This document shows positions 28,050 to 37,360 of a stretch of 64,000 nt of DNA, in pieces. Position 1 is the stretch's first letter. Each line of letters starts with the position of its first letter. Under the pieces are notes generated by a model that was not told where the DNA came from, searched no databases, and saw nothing but the letters and a program-made list of their open reading frames with translations. The position numbers were made by a program, and so were the translations under genes. The DNA is from a bacterium (GTDB lineage: Bacteria; Bacillota_I; Bacilli_A; RFN20; CAG-826), in contig CAVFGR010000002.1 in the NCBI GenBank assembly GCA_963622135.1, positions 4,752 through 68,751 on the forward strand, in the 5' to 3' direction.

Positions 28050-28076
28050 TTAGCACTCTCTCTTTCCAAGTGCTAA
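28050..28076. promoter_or_regulatory. CIRCE operator 1 (HrcA site) in the hsp20 leader
   Basis: TTAGCACTC-N9-AAGTGCTAA against the consensus TTAGCACTC-N9-GAGTGCTAA (1 mismatch). Confidence 0.85.
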
Positions 28077-28080
28077 CTAT

Positions 28081-28108
28081 ATTCTAGTATCTCTTTTAGC
28101 ACTGTCAA
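28081..28108 (-). promoter_or_regulatory. Sigma-A-type promoter of hsp20 (TTGACA-N16-TAGAAT)
   Basis: On the minus strand, TTGACA is at 28108..28103 and TAGAAT at 28086..28081. The -35 box lies inside CIRCE-2. Confidence 0.65.
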
Positions 28109-28122
28109 CACCCAAGTGCTAA
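28096..28122. promoter_or_regulatory. CIRCE operator 2 overlapping the hsp20 -35 box
   Basis: TTAGCACTG-N9-AAGTGCTAA (2 mismatches to consensus). Confidence 0.8.
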
Positions 28123-28132
28123 TTTTTTTGCA

Positions 28133-28456
28133 TTATTTATTTTTTAGCCTTTTAAGTTCGCCCTCAACTTCGTTGCGGTATGCAAAAACATCTGGCGAAA
28201 ATCCAAATTCAGTCCTACTTTTTTGATAATATTCATCAAAAAATTCGTTTGTTTTGGAAAATAACGCATCAATCTTTTCTTTTTCTTTTTCTGATTGGAA
28301 AGCCATATAGGCATCCATCAAATATTCTTGGAGACCTTCCGCTGAGAAAGAATCTGATCGACACCTTCGATAAGGATCCATGCTCTTTTGAAGGAGTTTT
28401 TCATAAAAGGCTATGAATTCAAGGCAGCCGGCGTCGTTATTAACATTTATCTTCAT
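28133..28456 (-). CDS. Hypothetical 107-aa soluble helical protein
   Basis: The ORF has coding-like composition and I recognise no motif. It follows a terminator and precedes the hsp20 promoter. Confidence 0.5.
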   Translation of the reverse strand: MKINVNNDAGCLEFIAFYEKLLQKSMDPYRRCRSDSFSAEGLQEYLMDAYMAFQSEKEKEKIDALFSKTNEFFDEYYQKSRTEFGFSPDVFAYRNEVEGELKRLKNK

Positions 28457-28489
28457 ACCTATTAATAGACACGCGGGCGAGCATCTTAC

Positions 28490-28514
28490 AAAAAAGCCAC
28501 CCTTTCGGATGGCT
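28490..28514 (-). terminator. Rho-independent terminator after the 169-aa membrane protein gene
   Basis: Minus strand AGCCATCC-GAAA-GGGTGGCT followed by TTTTTT. Confidence 0.7.
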
Positions 28515-28536
28515 CATTTAACAATTGGCGGCTTAT

Positions 28537-29046
28537 TTATTTCTTGGACCAAGCCATGACGCCGGTACCGATAGAAAGAACGGCGGCGACAAGAGCGGCG
28601 GCGCTAGAGATGATGACGCCGACGCCAAGCTTGAGATCGTAAGCAGCTTTGATAATGGCGTTATCGGCTAAACCAGTGGTGGCTTTGGAGCATAAGAAGA
28701 GAATGCCGAAGCAGATTTCCATCAAACCACCGAGGATGAATAAGAAACCGGAGAATTTCTTTGATCCTTTTGGGTTTGGGAACAACAAGATGGTAGCGAT
28801 GAGCTGGAAGACGACGCCGATGACCAATAAGGTGAAGGCGGCGATGCTAGCGGCAGTGGCTTCTTTGATATAAGAATCGGCGAGATTGCCAAAGATGACG
28901 GTGTATCCGCTCCATTCGATTGGAGAGACGCTGATGCCACCGGCTTTGACGGTCGCGGTGATGCCGTTGCCAACAGGGGCAACGAAGACGGCAATCGCCA
29001 AGACGAAGACGATAATGCCAAGGAGATTCAATAATTTATTTTTCAT
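28537..29046 (-). CDS. Hypothetical 4-TM membrane protein
   Basis: 169 aa with four hydrophobic helices. GAGAAGGA Shine-Dalgarno. It lies downstream of the M6 lipoprotein gene. Confidence 0.6.
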   Translation of the reverse strand: MKNKLLNLLGIIVFVLAIAVFVAPVGNGITATVKAGGISVSPIEWSGYTVIFGNLADSYIKEATAASIAAFTLLVIGVVFQLIATILLFPNPKGSKKFSGFLFILGGLMEICFGILFLCSKATTGLADNAIIKAAYDLKLGVGVIISSAAALVAAVLSIGTGVMAWSKK

Positions 29047-29108
29047 AATCGATCCTTCTCTAAATACGTGAATATCTTAATTAACGTTTTGCCCTTAATC
29101 AATAAAGA

Positions 29109-30764
29109 TTAAGCCTTTGTAATGGTAAGGACGGCTTTCTCGGCCGAAGTGGAGGTGACTTTGACGGTCCAAGGAAGTGTCGTTTTATCATTCATGAGAT
29201 TGATTTTGTTCCAGTAATAATTAGGGAACGAGTTCTTATATGCGTCATAGGAGAATGTTTTCCCTGCGGTGAACAAAGAGGTGTTGGTCGCCATGTAAGG
29301 TTGGTCGGTGCTGCGATCATACTCAGTGTCGTAGTTTTTCTTGTTTCCACAGTCGATAAGTTGGATCAAGCGATGGTTGATGTCTCCAACATCGCCGTTA
29401 ATCATGTTGTAATAGGCGGTGTTGCTGTTGGCCACATAAACGGAAGTGTCATCATCGAAACTATCGACATAACGCTTGGCGTAGCCATCGCTATCTAATT
29501 CGACAAGTCTTGCGTCGACATGCCAAATGCGGATGCCACGATTGTCCATCCCTTGAACGCCGTTGCTATAAGCGTTCTCGCTATCCGAAGCGTTTAATCC
29601 TTCTGGAGTGTAGTATTCGAGAATCATATATTCATCGAAGGCCATTCCATTCCATCCACCGGTGGTCGGCAAGATAAGGAATTCACCAGAAGTGGCCATT
29701 GGCTTCAATTCAACGGTGCAGCTCGCATCGACGACATATGGGTTAACCCAACCCAGGGCGAATTTCGAGAAAGAGTTGTGATCGATGACGTTGGCATCCA
29801 TCATATCAACCCATCCTGTTGGGCCATAGTTTCGCGGATACTCATCGCATTCGGCGGCGACATAATAATCATCTAGACCGAGTAAGTGTCCGGTTTCATG
29901 GATATAAGTATGCGCATCTCGACTATTTTTCCCATATCCCTCATACATGAAGTCATAAGATCCCCAGGCATAGTGATAGCCAGCTGGGTTATTCTTGAGC
30001 TTATCTAGGTCGGATTGGTATTTGATGTTATCAAAGACAGAGCTGTCGAAATAGGTATAGGCCCAATAGATGTCTTGGCTCATGCTTTTGTTGTTGGTGG
30101 CGTTCGGTGCGCCATAAACGAGCCAGACGGCGTCAAAGAAACCATCGTGATTTGTATCGAATTCAACACCGTTTGACTTATAAGTCGTTTTATACCAACT
30201 AACGGCGTTTTCTAAAATCGTCCAAGTCGGGTCATATCCATCCGCGGAAGATTTAAGGTTTGCTAACTGCTTGGAAGAATATCCGCAGTTATACCATTCT
30301 GAAACGGCGCCTTGGATGTTCAATTTTCCAAAGGAAGATTTGTAGTAGAACGATGAAACCGACTCCCACCCAGTCTCTTCAGACTTTCCGAAGAAGGTTT
30401 TGTAAATGTCCGTTCTGACCTCGTCAGTCGCGACGCTAGAGAAATCAGTCAATTCAACAGGAATGACCAAGATTCTTGGGGATCCGGTTGACGGGAAATT
30501 GACATTCCAAGTCGTATTACCAACGCGTTCATAGGTATCTTTGCTGTTTTTTACAACTTTCACACCTGAGGCCGAATAGGTCGGATTGTGCGTGTCACAC
30601 CCGAATTCGGAGCCGTCTTTCATGTAAGAATACAACCCATTATCGGTTGGAATTTCTTCATCAGAGATGCTCGATTGCCCGCCAATGATGTTATCGATGA
30701 GATCACATCCGGTCAAAGAGAGCAAAGATGTTATTGTGAGAAACAGGAATTTGCTTTTTTTCAT
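29109..30764 (-). CDS. Lipoprotein zinc metalloprotease, M6 (immune inhibitor A)-like
   Basis: Signal peptide with lipobox LSLTGC. The motif HETGHLLGLDDYY matches the M6 signature HExxHxxGxxD. GGAGGA Shine-Dalgarno. Confidence 0.7.
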   Translation of the reverse strand: MKKSKFLFLTITSLLSLTGCDLIDNIIGGQSSISDEEIPTDNGLYSYMKDGSEFGCDTHNPTYSASGVKVVKNSKDTYERVGNTTWNVNFPSTGSPRILVIPVELTDFSSVATDEVRTDIYKTFFGKSEETGWESVSSFYYKSSFGKLNIQGAVSEWYNCGYSSKQLANLKSSADGYDPTWTILENAVSWYKTTYKSNGVEFDTNHDGFFDAVWLVYGAPNATNNKSMSQDIYWAYTYFDSSVFDNIKYQSDLDKLKNNPAGYHYAWGSYDFMYEGYGKNSRDAHTYIHETGHLLGLDDYYVAAECDEYPRNYGPTGWVDMMDANVIDHNSFSKFALGWVNPYVVDASCTVELKPMATSGEFLILPTTGGWNGMAFDEYMILEYYTPEGLNASDSENAYSNGVQGMDNRGIRIWHVDARLVELDSDGYAKRYVDSFDDDTSVYVANSNTAYYNMINGDVGDINHRLIQLIDCGNKKNYDTEYDRSTDQPYMATNTSLFTAGKTFSYDAYKNSFPNYYWNKINLMNDKTTLPWTVKVTSTSAEKAVLTITKA

Positions 30765-30806
30765 ATAATGAATTCCTCCAGGGCGATATTATGCACTAAA
30801 GACGGC

Positions 30807-30835
30807 ATAAAAGAAAACTCCGAATTAACGGAGTT
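30807..30835 (-). terminator. Rho-independent terminator after the PIN-like gene
   Basis: Minus strand AACTCCG-TTAATT-CGGAGTT followed by TTCTTTT. Confidence 0.65.
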
Positions 30836-30844
30836 TCTTATATA

Positions 30845-32332
30845 TTATTTGAGATTTTCTTTTTGCTGAGTGAGGAATTCCTTCGTCAACTTGATCTGCT
30901 TTCGTTCATCTTCGCTTAATTTGTCGTAAAGTTTGATGAACGCTTCGATGTCTTTGGCCTTCTTATCGCTTGGATAATTCGGGTTCGAGACATTAGCGGA
31001 TAATCTCTTTTCAGCAGCTAATGCTTTTTCGAGCGGAGTTTTTTTCGGGGTGGCCGGCTTTTTCTCTTCTTTAGAAGGTTCTTCCGGTTTTGCCTCGATT
31101 GGCTTTACTTCCTCAGTCTTCTTTTTGGTCTTGCTGGCCGCCTTAGGGGCGGATCCATCGGCCTTTGGTGCCGTAGCAGCTTTCGTTTTCTTAGGAGCCG
31201 CTTTGGCTTTTTCGGCTTTTGGTTTTTCTTCTTTTACCTCGCTTTGAGGGGCGGTTTGTTTCTCTTCCTTTTTCGCAGGGGCGAGCTTTTGTTCGGTCTC
31301 GGAAACACTTGGTTTCTTAACCGTTTTTGCTTCTTCTTTGGCTGTTACAACAGGTTCTAAGGAAGCGAAGGCCTTAAAATCTCGTTCTGTCTTTTCGACA
31401 GTGATCTTCAAGCCCTTCAAATTGGCGACAACCTTATCACCAGCTTTGGTCAGGTCAGAAGCCGGAAGTTTGGCTACCAAAACGTCTTTAGTGACATCGG
31501 CTGGCCCATGGATCTCTTTAAGGTAAGCAATCGATGGGTCGCGAACTAAGACATTCAAACGCTTGGCAGAGGCAATTGCCGCATCAACGGGGGTGGCGCC
31601 AAAATCATAGAACGGTCTTGGCGTTTTAATCTCCGCCGGCTTGTCCTCTTTCTTTAAAAGGGATGGCTTAATTGGCTTTTGCTCTGCTTTTGGAGCAGGA
31701 ACCTGTTTAGTTTCAGCTGGTTTCGCGGCTGGTTTTTCTTTTGGTTCGACTTTTGAAGTCGGCTTTTTCTCGATCTTGGTTATGGTCTTCTTTTGCTCTT
31801 TCGACTTATTCTGATTGAAGGAATGACCTTCAAGTTGCCCGCCGGCATTGATTTTCATAACAAACAAAAATCTGCCGTTTTGGGAGCCTAAATTGTTAAG
31901 CTTTAGCAAGTCTTGAGCTAAATTGTTATCTTGCGTAATGATGAGGACCCTGTAATGAATTCTGAATAAGGTTGCGTGGGCCAAAATAGATGGATCAGCG
32001 AATGTGTCGCCTTTTGATTGCTGTCTTTTCAGATAAGCTGGAACACGGTATTTTTTTTGCGCATCTTTGATGATGGTGAGCGCTCTTACTGCATCGATAC
32101 GAGCTTCGTTGTTGTGCCAATCCATATTGGCCGCATGCTTTTCAAGCTCCTCGATACATTCAACCGGAGTCAGAATCAAAAGATCTTTTTTCCAATATTT
32201 TTTCGAACCAACCAAGGTATCCATGAATTGAGGGAACCCTTCGTCCATTAACGAGCAAGTGTCGATTATGACTCTGTCGTAGTTCGATAAGACTTTTGCC
32301 AAAGAAGAGAATTGTTTCTCTTGGCTATACAT
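30845..32332 (-). CDS. PIN-like domain protein with two long K/E/A/P-rich low-complexity tracts
   Basis: The N-terminal ~170 aa have PIN-like acidic positions (VIIDTCSL, ECIEELEK, FADPSIL, IITQDNNLAQD). K/P/E/A tracts flank a middle domain of about 95 aa, followed by a helical C-terminus. AAAGGAGG Shine-Dalgarno. Confidence 0.5.
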   Translation of the reverse strand: MYSQEKQFSSLAKVLSNYDRVIIDTCSLMDEGFPQFMDTLVGSKKYWKKDLLILTPVECIEELEKHAANMDWHNNEARIDAVRALTIIKDAQKKYRVPAYLKRQQSKGDTFADPSILAHATLFRIHYRVLIITQDNNLAQDLLKLNNLGSQNGRFLFVMKINAGGQLEGHSFNQNKSKEQKKTITKIEKKPTSKVEPKEKPAAKPAETKQVPAPKAEQKPIKPSLLKKEDKPAEIKTPRPFYDFGATPVDAAIASAKRLNVLVRDPSIAYLKEIHGPADVTKDVLVAKLPASDLTKAGDKVVANLKGLKITVEKTERDFKAFASLEPVVTAKEEAKTVKKPSVSETEQKLAPAKKEEKQTAPQSEVKEEKPKAEKAKAAPKKTKAATAPKADGSAPKAASKTKKKTEEVKPIEAKPEEPSKEEKKPATPKKTPLEKALAAEKRLSANVSNPNYPSDKKAKDIEAFIKLYDKLSEDERKQIKLTKEFLTQQKENLK

Positions 32333-32411
32333 TGAATAACCTCCTTTATGTTTTGTATTTTACTATCAGTAATTGCTTTTGACCACCTTGGCTAAAAGGA
32401 GTCTGAATAAA

Positions 32412-32852
32412 TCATCCCTTTTGATTTATAGAGTCCATGTAACGTTTAAGAATCACCCCTGCGGCCGCTGAATCTATGTTGCTTTTCTGCTTTTTGGCGG
32501 ATTTTCCCGCTTCATGGAGAAAAGCCGAGGCCTCAACCGTCGTGTTTCTTTCATCGACCTTGATGATTTCGATATTCGGGAACAGGGGCTGAATCAACGA
32601 AATGAACGCTTCGACAATCGGCGTCATCTCACACGGATCCCCAGACGGGAACAACGGCCAGCCGATGACGACGTGCTCGATTGTTTCGTCTTTGATGATG
32701 CGCTTTAACCCTACGACCGCCTCATCGTAGCAACCCGCATGAAAGCGTAGGTTTTCCAGCAAAGTTACGAAAAGACCGCTTCTGGAGATCGCAATTCCCA
32801 AGCTTCCTTTTCCTAAATCCAACGCCAAAATGTTCTTCTGCATAATTACCAT
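32412..32852 (-). CDS. ruvX: Holliday-junction resolvase-like pre-16S rRNA nuclease RuvX/YqgF
   Basis: ILALDLGKGSLGIA...VIGWP...DERNTT. The start may instead be ATG 32843. Confidence 0.85.
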   Translation of the reverse strand: MVIMQKNILALDLGKGSLGIAISRSGLFVTLLENLRFHAGCYDEAVVGLKRIIKDETIEHVVIGWPLFPSGDPCEMTPIVEAFISLIQPLFPNIEIIKVDERNTTVEASAFLHEAGKSAKKQKSNIDSAAAGVILKRYMDSINQKG

Positions 32853-32988
32853 TAAGGATAATATCCTTTTAAACGAAATCTTTCCACCGATACGCGCTTT
32901 ATATATCGCCTTATTCGATATTGTTGCCTAATTCTTTGCTAGATTGCCTTAATTTTCCTCTTAGATTTATAATCTAGGCAGTAAACAT

Positions 32989-35094
32989 ATGGCCAAAGCG
33001 AAGAACTATCAAAGCAAATTAAAATCTCTTGTGGGCTCGGCTTTCAAAAAGAAATATGTCTTGGCCTTTATTTTGATCATCGTCTATTTGGCGATAACGG
33101 TTTTCACCACCCAAGGTCTTTCTCTTTTCAATGGCGGGGTCACTATCATGACGGATTTGGAGTTCTATTTGATGACCGCCTCTTCTATTTTGCTGGGTGT
33201 TGGTCTTTTGTTGCTGTCCTTCCGTCATTTCAAAGTCAAAGTGAACCGCCCTTTGCTAATGATTTGCTTGATTCTCTTAATTCTCGATATCGTCGCGGTT
33301 TCAATATTCCCATCATCTGTTGATGGTTCAATAAACGGATTTTCTGTTGCTTATAACATCCAAATTTCAGAAAGAATCCGTTATGTTTTCGGGTGGTTGG
33401 TTGGCGATTTGGCTTTATATATATTCGTCGGCGTTATACCGTTGCTCTTCCGCTCGCACAACGCGATAGATTTTTGGCTTTGGGTCGGAATTGGGGTCGG
33501 ACTGTTGTTGATGGTTGCCTCGTTCATAAAAGAACACGAACTTTGGGCCATGATATTCAAGGGGATCAACGGCGATTTAAGACCGCAATCGATAACCAAT
33601 AACACAAACACCTTTGGGTTCGCCATTTTATGGTCTTTCAGCTGCGCCTTAATCCTATATTCCAAATATCACCGCATCCCCGTTTTGATTTTGGGAATTC
33701 TTTTGGCGTTATCCGCGTTGGGAATTCAAAGTAAAACCGCAGTGGTTTGCATCGGCTTGGAGATTTTTCTTAGCGGCATTTATATTCCTTTAAGTTGTTG
33801 GAAGAAAAGGCGAAAAGAAGCCATTGCCTACCTTGTTGTTTTGGCCATATTGTTAGTTTTCTTGATCTTAATCATTTTCGTCCCATTTAAACCTTTCGAA
33901 GGCGTAAGCACGATGCTCAAAAACATGGGTGAAAAGTTGTTGCATCTGAGCGGCGGGACTCTAACCGGAAGAACCGACTTATGGAAACAGCTGTTCACAA
34001 ATATGGTTCATTACCCAACCGTTCTTTTGTTTGGAACGGGGGATGGGGTTTTTGAATCCTTTGTTGCCGTCTCCGTCAATACCGCATTGGGAGTGGGGCA
34101 AGGCTTCCCCGCCCACAACGGCTTCTTATATGTTTGGGGCAGATTCGGAATTCTCGGACTCATGATCTATCTTTTCGGAATCGGATATTTGGTATACGAA
34201 ACGATCAACGCCATCAGAAAAAGAAAAGACATTTGGGCCGGAGCCTTACTGATTGTGTTGGCGGGGTTCTTGGCTCATTCTTTGGCTGAAGACGACGCTT
34301 TGCTTGATATGCGATTAAAAGGAATGATGTTCCTTGGTATTCTTTGGTGGCCTTTAATTATCTCTAAGAAAGATTGGTTAGCCAAAAATGGCAAACTCCA
34401 AGATGATCAAGAACCGTTTGTTGTTGTCTTCCCTAAATTATCAGTCGTGGATATTTTGAAGACTTCCTACACGATTTCGATGCTCCTTTTGGTTTTGCTT
34501 GTTGGGTTTGCCCCATTATACGAAAAGGTGATGGGTTCATGCTGTTTCAACAACACTTCTGCGTTGGCTGGTTTGACTTTGTTATTCTTAATCGGCCCTC
34601 TCCTTATCGGCGAAACAAAGAAATTGAAGGACTTAGGAAGCAAAACAAGGTTCCTTTTCCATCTATGCTCAAGCCTTTTCGTTCTCGTTTGGGGTTTTGT
34701 CTTCGCTTTTATCTCCGATTCGTCGTCCTATCCGATCGCGTTAGGCATTTCGTTAATTGTCTTACTTCTCGAAGGCGGGGTTGGATTGAAGATTGAAACA
34801 AAACAGGCCATAGATTGGGTCGTTATTGCCGTGAAGGTTTTTGCTGCCCTTGTTGCCGTTACTTTATCCCATTGCTTAAACGCTTATCTTCAAAGTGAAA
34901 TCACCGGGTCCGCAATCATAGGTTTGTTGTGTTTATATTTATCGCTCTCGATTCTTGGGCTAACGTCTTTCCCTTCCGCTCACCATTGGGGCGGATGCAC
35001 CGATATTCTTTGGCTTTATATTGAGGCGGCATATGAAAAAGCCGCCCAGAGGCAGCTTAGGAAATCAGACGAAAGGATTACTTCGTTTTTTTGA
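32989..35094 (+). CDS. O-antigen ligase/polymerase-like (Wzy_C) polytopic membrane protein with extra C-terminal TM bundle
   Basis: 701 aa and more than 14 TM helices. Wzy_C-type loop motif FPAHNGFLYVWGRFGILGL. Confidence 0.65.
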   Translation: MAKAKNYQSKLKSLVGSAFKKKYVLAFILIIVYLAITVFTTQGLSLFNGGVTIMTDLEFYLMTASSILLGVGLLLLSFRHFKVKVNRPLLMICLILLILDIVAVSIFPSSVDGSINGFSVAYNIQISERIRYVFGWLVGDLALYIFVGVIPLLFRSHNAIDFWLWVGIGVGLLLMVASFIKEHELWAMIFKGINGDLRPQSITNNTNTFGFAILWSFSCALILYSKYHRIPVLILGILLALSALGIQSKTAVVCIGLEIFLSGIYIPLSCWKKRRKEAIAYLVVLAILLVFLILIIFVPFKPFEGVSTMLKNMGEKLLHLSGGTLTGRTDLWKQLFTNMVHYPTVLLFGTGDGVFESFVAVSVNTALGVGQGFPAHNGFLYVWGRFGILGLMIYLFGIGYLVYETINAIRKRKDIWAGALLIVLAGFLAHSLAEDDALLDMRLKGMMFLGILWWPLIISKKDWLAKNGKLQDDQEPFVVVFPKLSVVDILKTSYTISMLLLVLLVGFAPLYEKVMGSCCFNNTSALAGLTLLFLIGPLLIGETKKLKDLGSKTRFLFHLCSSLFVLVWGFVFAFISDSSSYPIALGISLIVLLLEGGVGLKIETKQAIDWVVIAVKVFAALVAVTLSHCLNAYLQSEITGSAIIGLLCLYLSLSILGLTSFPSAHHWGGCTDILWLYIEAAYEKAAQRQLRKSDERITSFF

Positions 35095-35974
35095 AATCCT
35101 TTATGCAACCGACTTTGCCGGAATAAACTTTGTAGCCTTTTTCCATCAAAATAAGTTCGGCGTTCATGATGGCTTTTTTGTCTTTTGACAAAGCGAAGAA
35201 GGCTGATCCGCTTCCTGTCATTGAAACAATTTCGGCGCCCAATCCTTTAACCATCTCTATATCGTTCTTTAATTCAGGATATAGCGACAAAGCGGAAGCA
35301 TATAAATCGTTGTTGATGTCATTCGTGAGGTTTTGATCATTTCCTTCGGTCAAGTCCTTGATCAATTGATCGGAGTTGCCGCCTTCTGAACCGATTTTAT
35401 CATAAGCCGCGAAAACCTCTTTGGTGATTAATCCTTTGGCAGGGGCAATTAAAAGAATGTAATAGCTATGCGCCATAGAAATCGGTTCGAGAATCTCGCC
35501 GATGCCCGTCGCCCTGACTGGTTGAGGATCGATGAAGAATGGGACGTCTGTACCTAATTCGATGGCAATTTTTCTAAGCTCATCATCGGTTGCGCCAAGC
35601 TTAAGTAATTTATTGATGGCTTTAAGAACGCAGGCCGCATTAGAGGAACCGCCACCCATTCCAGCCGCAACAGGAATGACTTTATGAATCTTGATTTCGA
35701 AATGTTCTTTAAATCCATAGTGCTTGCGCATCACATCCACCGCCCGTTGGCAAAGGTTGTGATGGTTTTTTTGAAGCAACGGCAAATCACAGACTACCGT
35801 CGTGTTTTTGGCGTATTCATTAAGGCTTACTTCAATGACATCGTGGATGGTCGTTGGCAAAATAACGGTATCCAACAAATGATACCCATCGTCTCTTTTT
35901 CCGTTCACATACAGGGAAAGATTTATTTTGGCGAACGATTTGCAGGTTGTTGAACGTAATCTGAAGAGTTTCAT
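35078..35974 (-). CDS. ispE: 4-diphosphocytidyl-2-C-methyl-D-erythritol kinase
   Basis: AKINLSLYVNGKRDDGYH and GHMP motif PVAAGMGGGSSNAA. I prefer ATG 35974; the ORF track begins at GTG 35992. The 3' end overlaps the convergent gene by 17 nt. Confidence 0.9.
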   Translation of the reverse strand: MKLFRLRSTTCKSFAKINLSLYVNGKRDDGYHLLDTVILPTTIHDVIEVSLNEYAKNTTVVCDLPLLQKNHHNLCQRAVDVMRKHYGFKEHFEIKIHKVIPVAAGMGGGSSNAACVLKAINKLLKLGATDDELRKIAIELGTDVPFFIDPQPVRATGIGEILEPISMAHSYYILLIAPAKGLITKEVFAAYDKIGSEGGNSDQLIKDLTEGNDQNLTNDINNDLYASALSLYPELKNDIEMVKGLGAEIVSMTGSGSAFFALSKDKKAIMNAELILMEKGYKVYSGKVGCIKDFKKTK

Positions 35975-36021
35975 ACAGCGATTAATATACACTTACTGCG
36001 TTTTTAATAAAACTTTGTTTA

Positions 36022-36834
36022 TTAATTTAATTCCTTATAGGCTATTAGCAAAGAAAGATAGTCATTCAAAGAAAGGGCTTCTGGTCTAAAATTCGGGGCG
36101 ATGCCAGCTTTGTCCAAAATGACTTTTGCTTTGTCTGCGTCTTTGATTAAGAAAAGAAGGTTGTTGTAAATGGTTTTCCTTCTATGGGCGAACATATGAC
36201 CGACGAATTCATACAGGTCTTTCGCCACATCGAAATCAATGTCTTTTTTGAAAGTAATGGTAAAGACAATGGAGTCTATATGTGGGGCCGGAACGAAGGA
36301 GTCTCTCGGAACCAAGAATTCCCTTTTTACCAAACCGATATAACTGAGCAAGATTGGCAATGGGCCATAATCGTCCGTGCCTTGTTTGGCGGACAGCCGT
36401 AGAAAAGCCTCTTTTTGGACCATAAGAACGGCTTTCCTACACCTTTTGGCTTCAAGAGCGATCTTTTCAATCAGGCTTGAAGTTATGTAGTATGGAAGAT
36501 TCCCGATGATCACATCGTAATCTGAATAATCTGCTTTTAGCGCATTTCCCAAAACAGGGTGGATGTTTTTATAGCCTTCAAAGTCGTTTTGCAGCTTAGT
36601 TACCAACCCTTCGTCTATATCCAAAAGAGTTGAATCCGCTGAATAATCAGCAAGAAAAACAGATAAAGAACCGGCGCCCGAACCGATTTCCAACACTTTG
36701 TCGGTATCCTTTATTTCTCCCAAAGACACGATTCTTTCGGCGTCTTTTTCGGAACAAAGAAAATTTTGACCAACCTCATGTTTGGCTAAAAGTTTATATT
36801 CTTTGACCTTTTCGAAATATTTACCTTTGTCCAT
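36022..36834 (-). CDS. rsmA: 16S rRNA (adenine1518/1519-N6)-dimethyltransferase
   Basis: GQNFL motif, SAM motif LEIGSGAGSLS, and NLPYYI. Confidence 0.93.
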   Translation of the reverse strand: MDKGKYFEKVKEYKLLAKHEVGQNFLCSEKDAERIVSLGEIKDTDKVLEIGSGAGSLSVFLADYSADSTLLDIDEGLVTKLQNDFEGYKNIHPVLGNALKADYSDYDVIIGNLPYYITSSLIEKIALEAKRCRKAVLMVQKEAFLRLSAKQGTDDYGPLPILLSYIGLVKREFLVPRDSFVPAPHIDSIVFTITFKKDIDFDVAKDLYEFVGHMFAHRRKTIYNNLLFLIKDADKAKVILDKAGIAPNFRPEALSLNDYLSLLIAYKELN

Positions 36835-37360
36835 TGATCAATTCCTCCAACTTTTTACGGGTAATGCCTAGGGCGTTTGCTCTCTTTAAAAAAGTTTTGG
36901 CGTTGGTGATTCCGATATTGAGCTGATTCCCTATCTTCTTTCTAAGTTCAAAGGACTTGTCACCCCCCATTAAACCCAATTCCATCAAATCATTCATCGA
37001 TAACGAGGCGGTTGGCGCGGGTTTTTCAGGAATAAGGTGCGATAAGGCTTCCAATATCGTCTCTTTGTCACATTCAGCAACGCCGACTTTGTGTTTCTTT
37101 ATGGATTTTTCCTTAGGGACGAAGGCGTGTTTGGCGGACGGAACCCTCTGAGCTATGGTGTCTCTTATCTTTTTTCCAGGCGAATCAGGATCCAACAAAA
37201 GGATAACGTCTCGGGTCTTCGATGCCTCTTGAATGTAGCGGATGGTTTCTTCGGAAACCGCTGAGCCGTTGGTGGTCACGATGTCGGCGTCAATAAAAGA
37301 CGAGAGCAAAGCTTCATCCATTTTTCCTTCAACGACGATAAGTGCATCTATTCTTTTCAT
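36821..37360 (-). CDS. rnmV: Ribonuclease M5
   Basis: Toprim N-terminus (ALIVVEGKMDE...LLDPDSPG). Bacillus synteny tatD-rnmV-ksgA. Confidence 0.88.
   Translation of the reverse strand: MKRIDALIVVEGKMDEALLSSFIDADIVTTNGSAVSEETIRYIQEASKTRDVILLLDPDSPGKKIRDTIAQRVPSAKHAFVPKEKSIKKHKVGVAECDKETILEALSHLIPEKPAPTASLSMNDLMELGLMGGDKSFELRKKIGNQLNIGITNAKTFLKRANALGITRKKLEELINGQR

Noticed and set aside
30990-31820. Possible tandem DNA repeats or a contingency locus in the K/E/A/P-rich tracts of the PIN-like gene
   Set aside because: The bias is at the amino-acid level. I could not find exact nucleotide repeat units longer than about 9 nt, so slipped-strand phase variation is unsupported.
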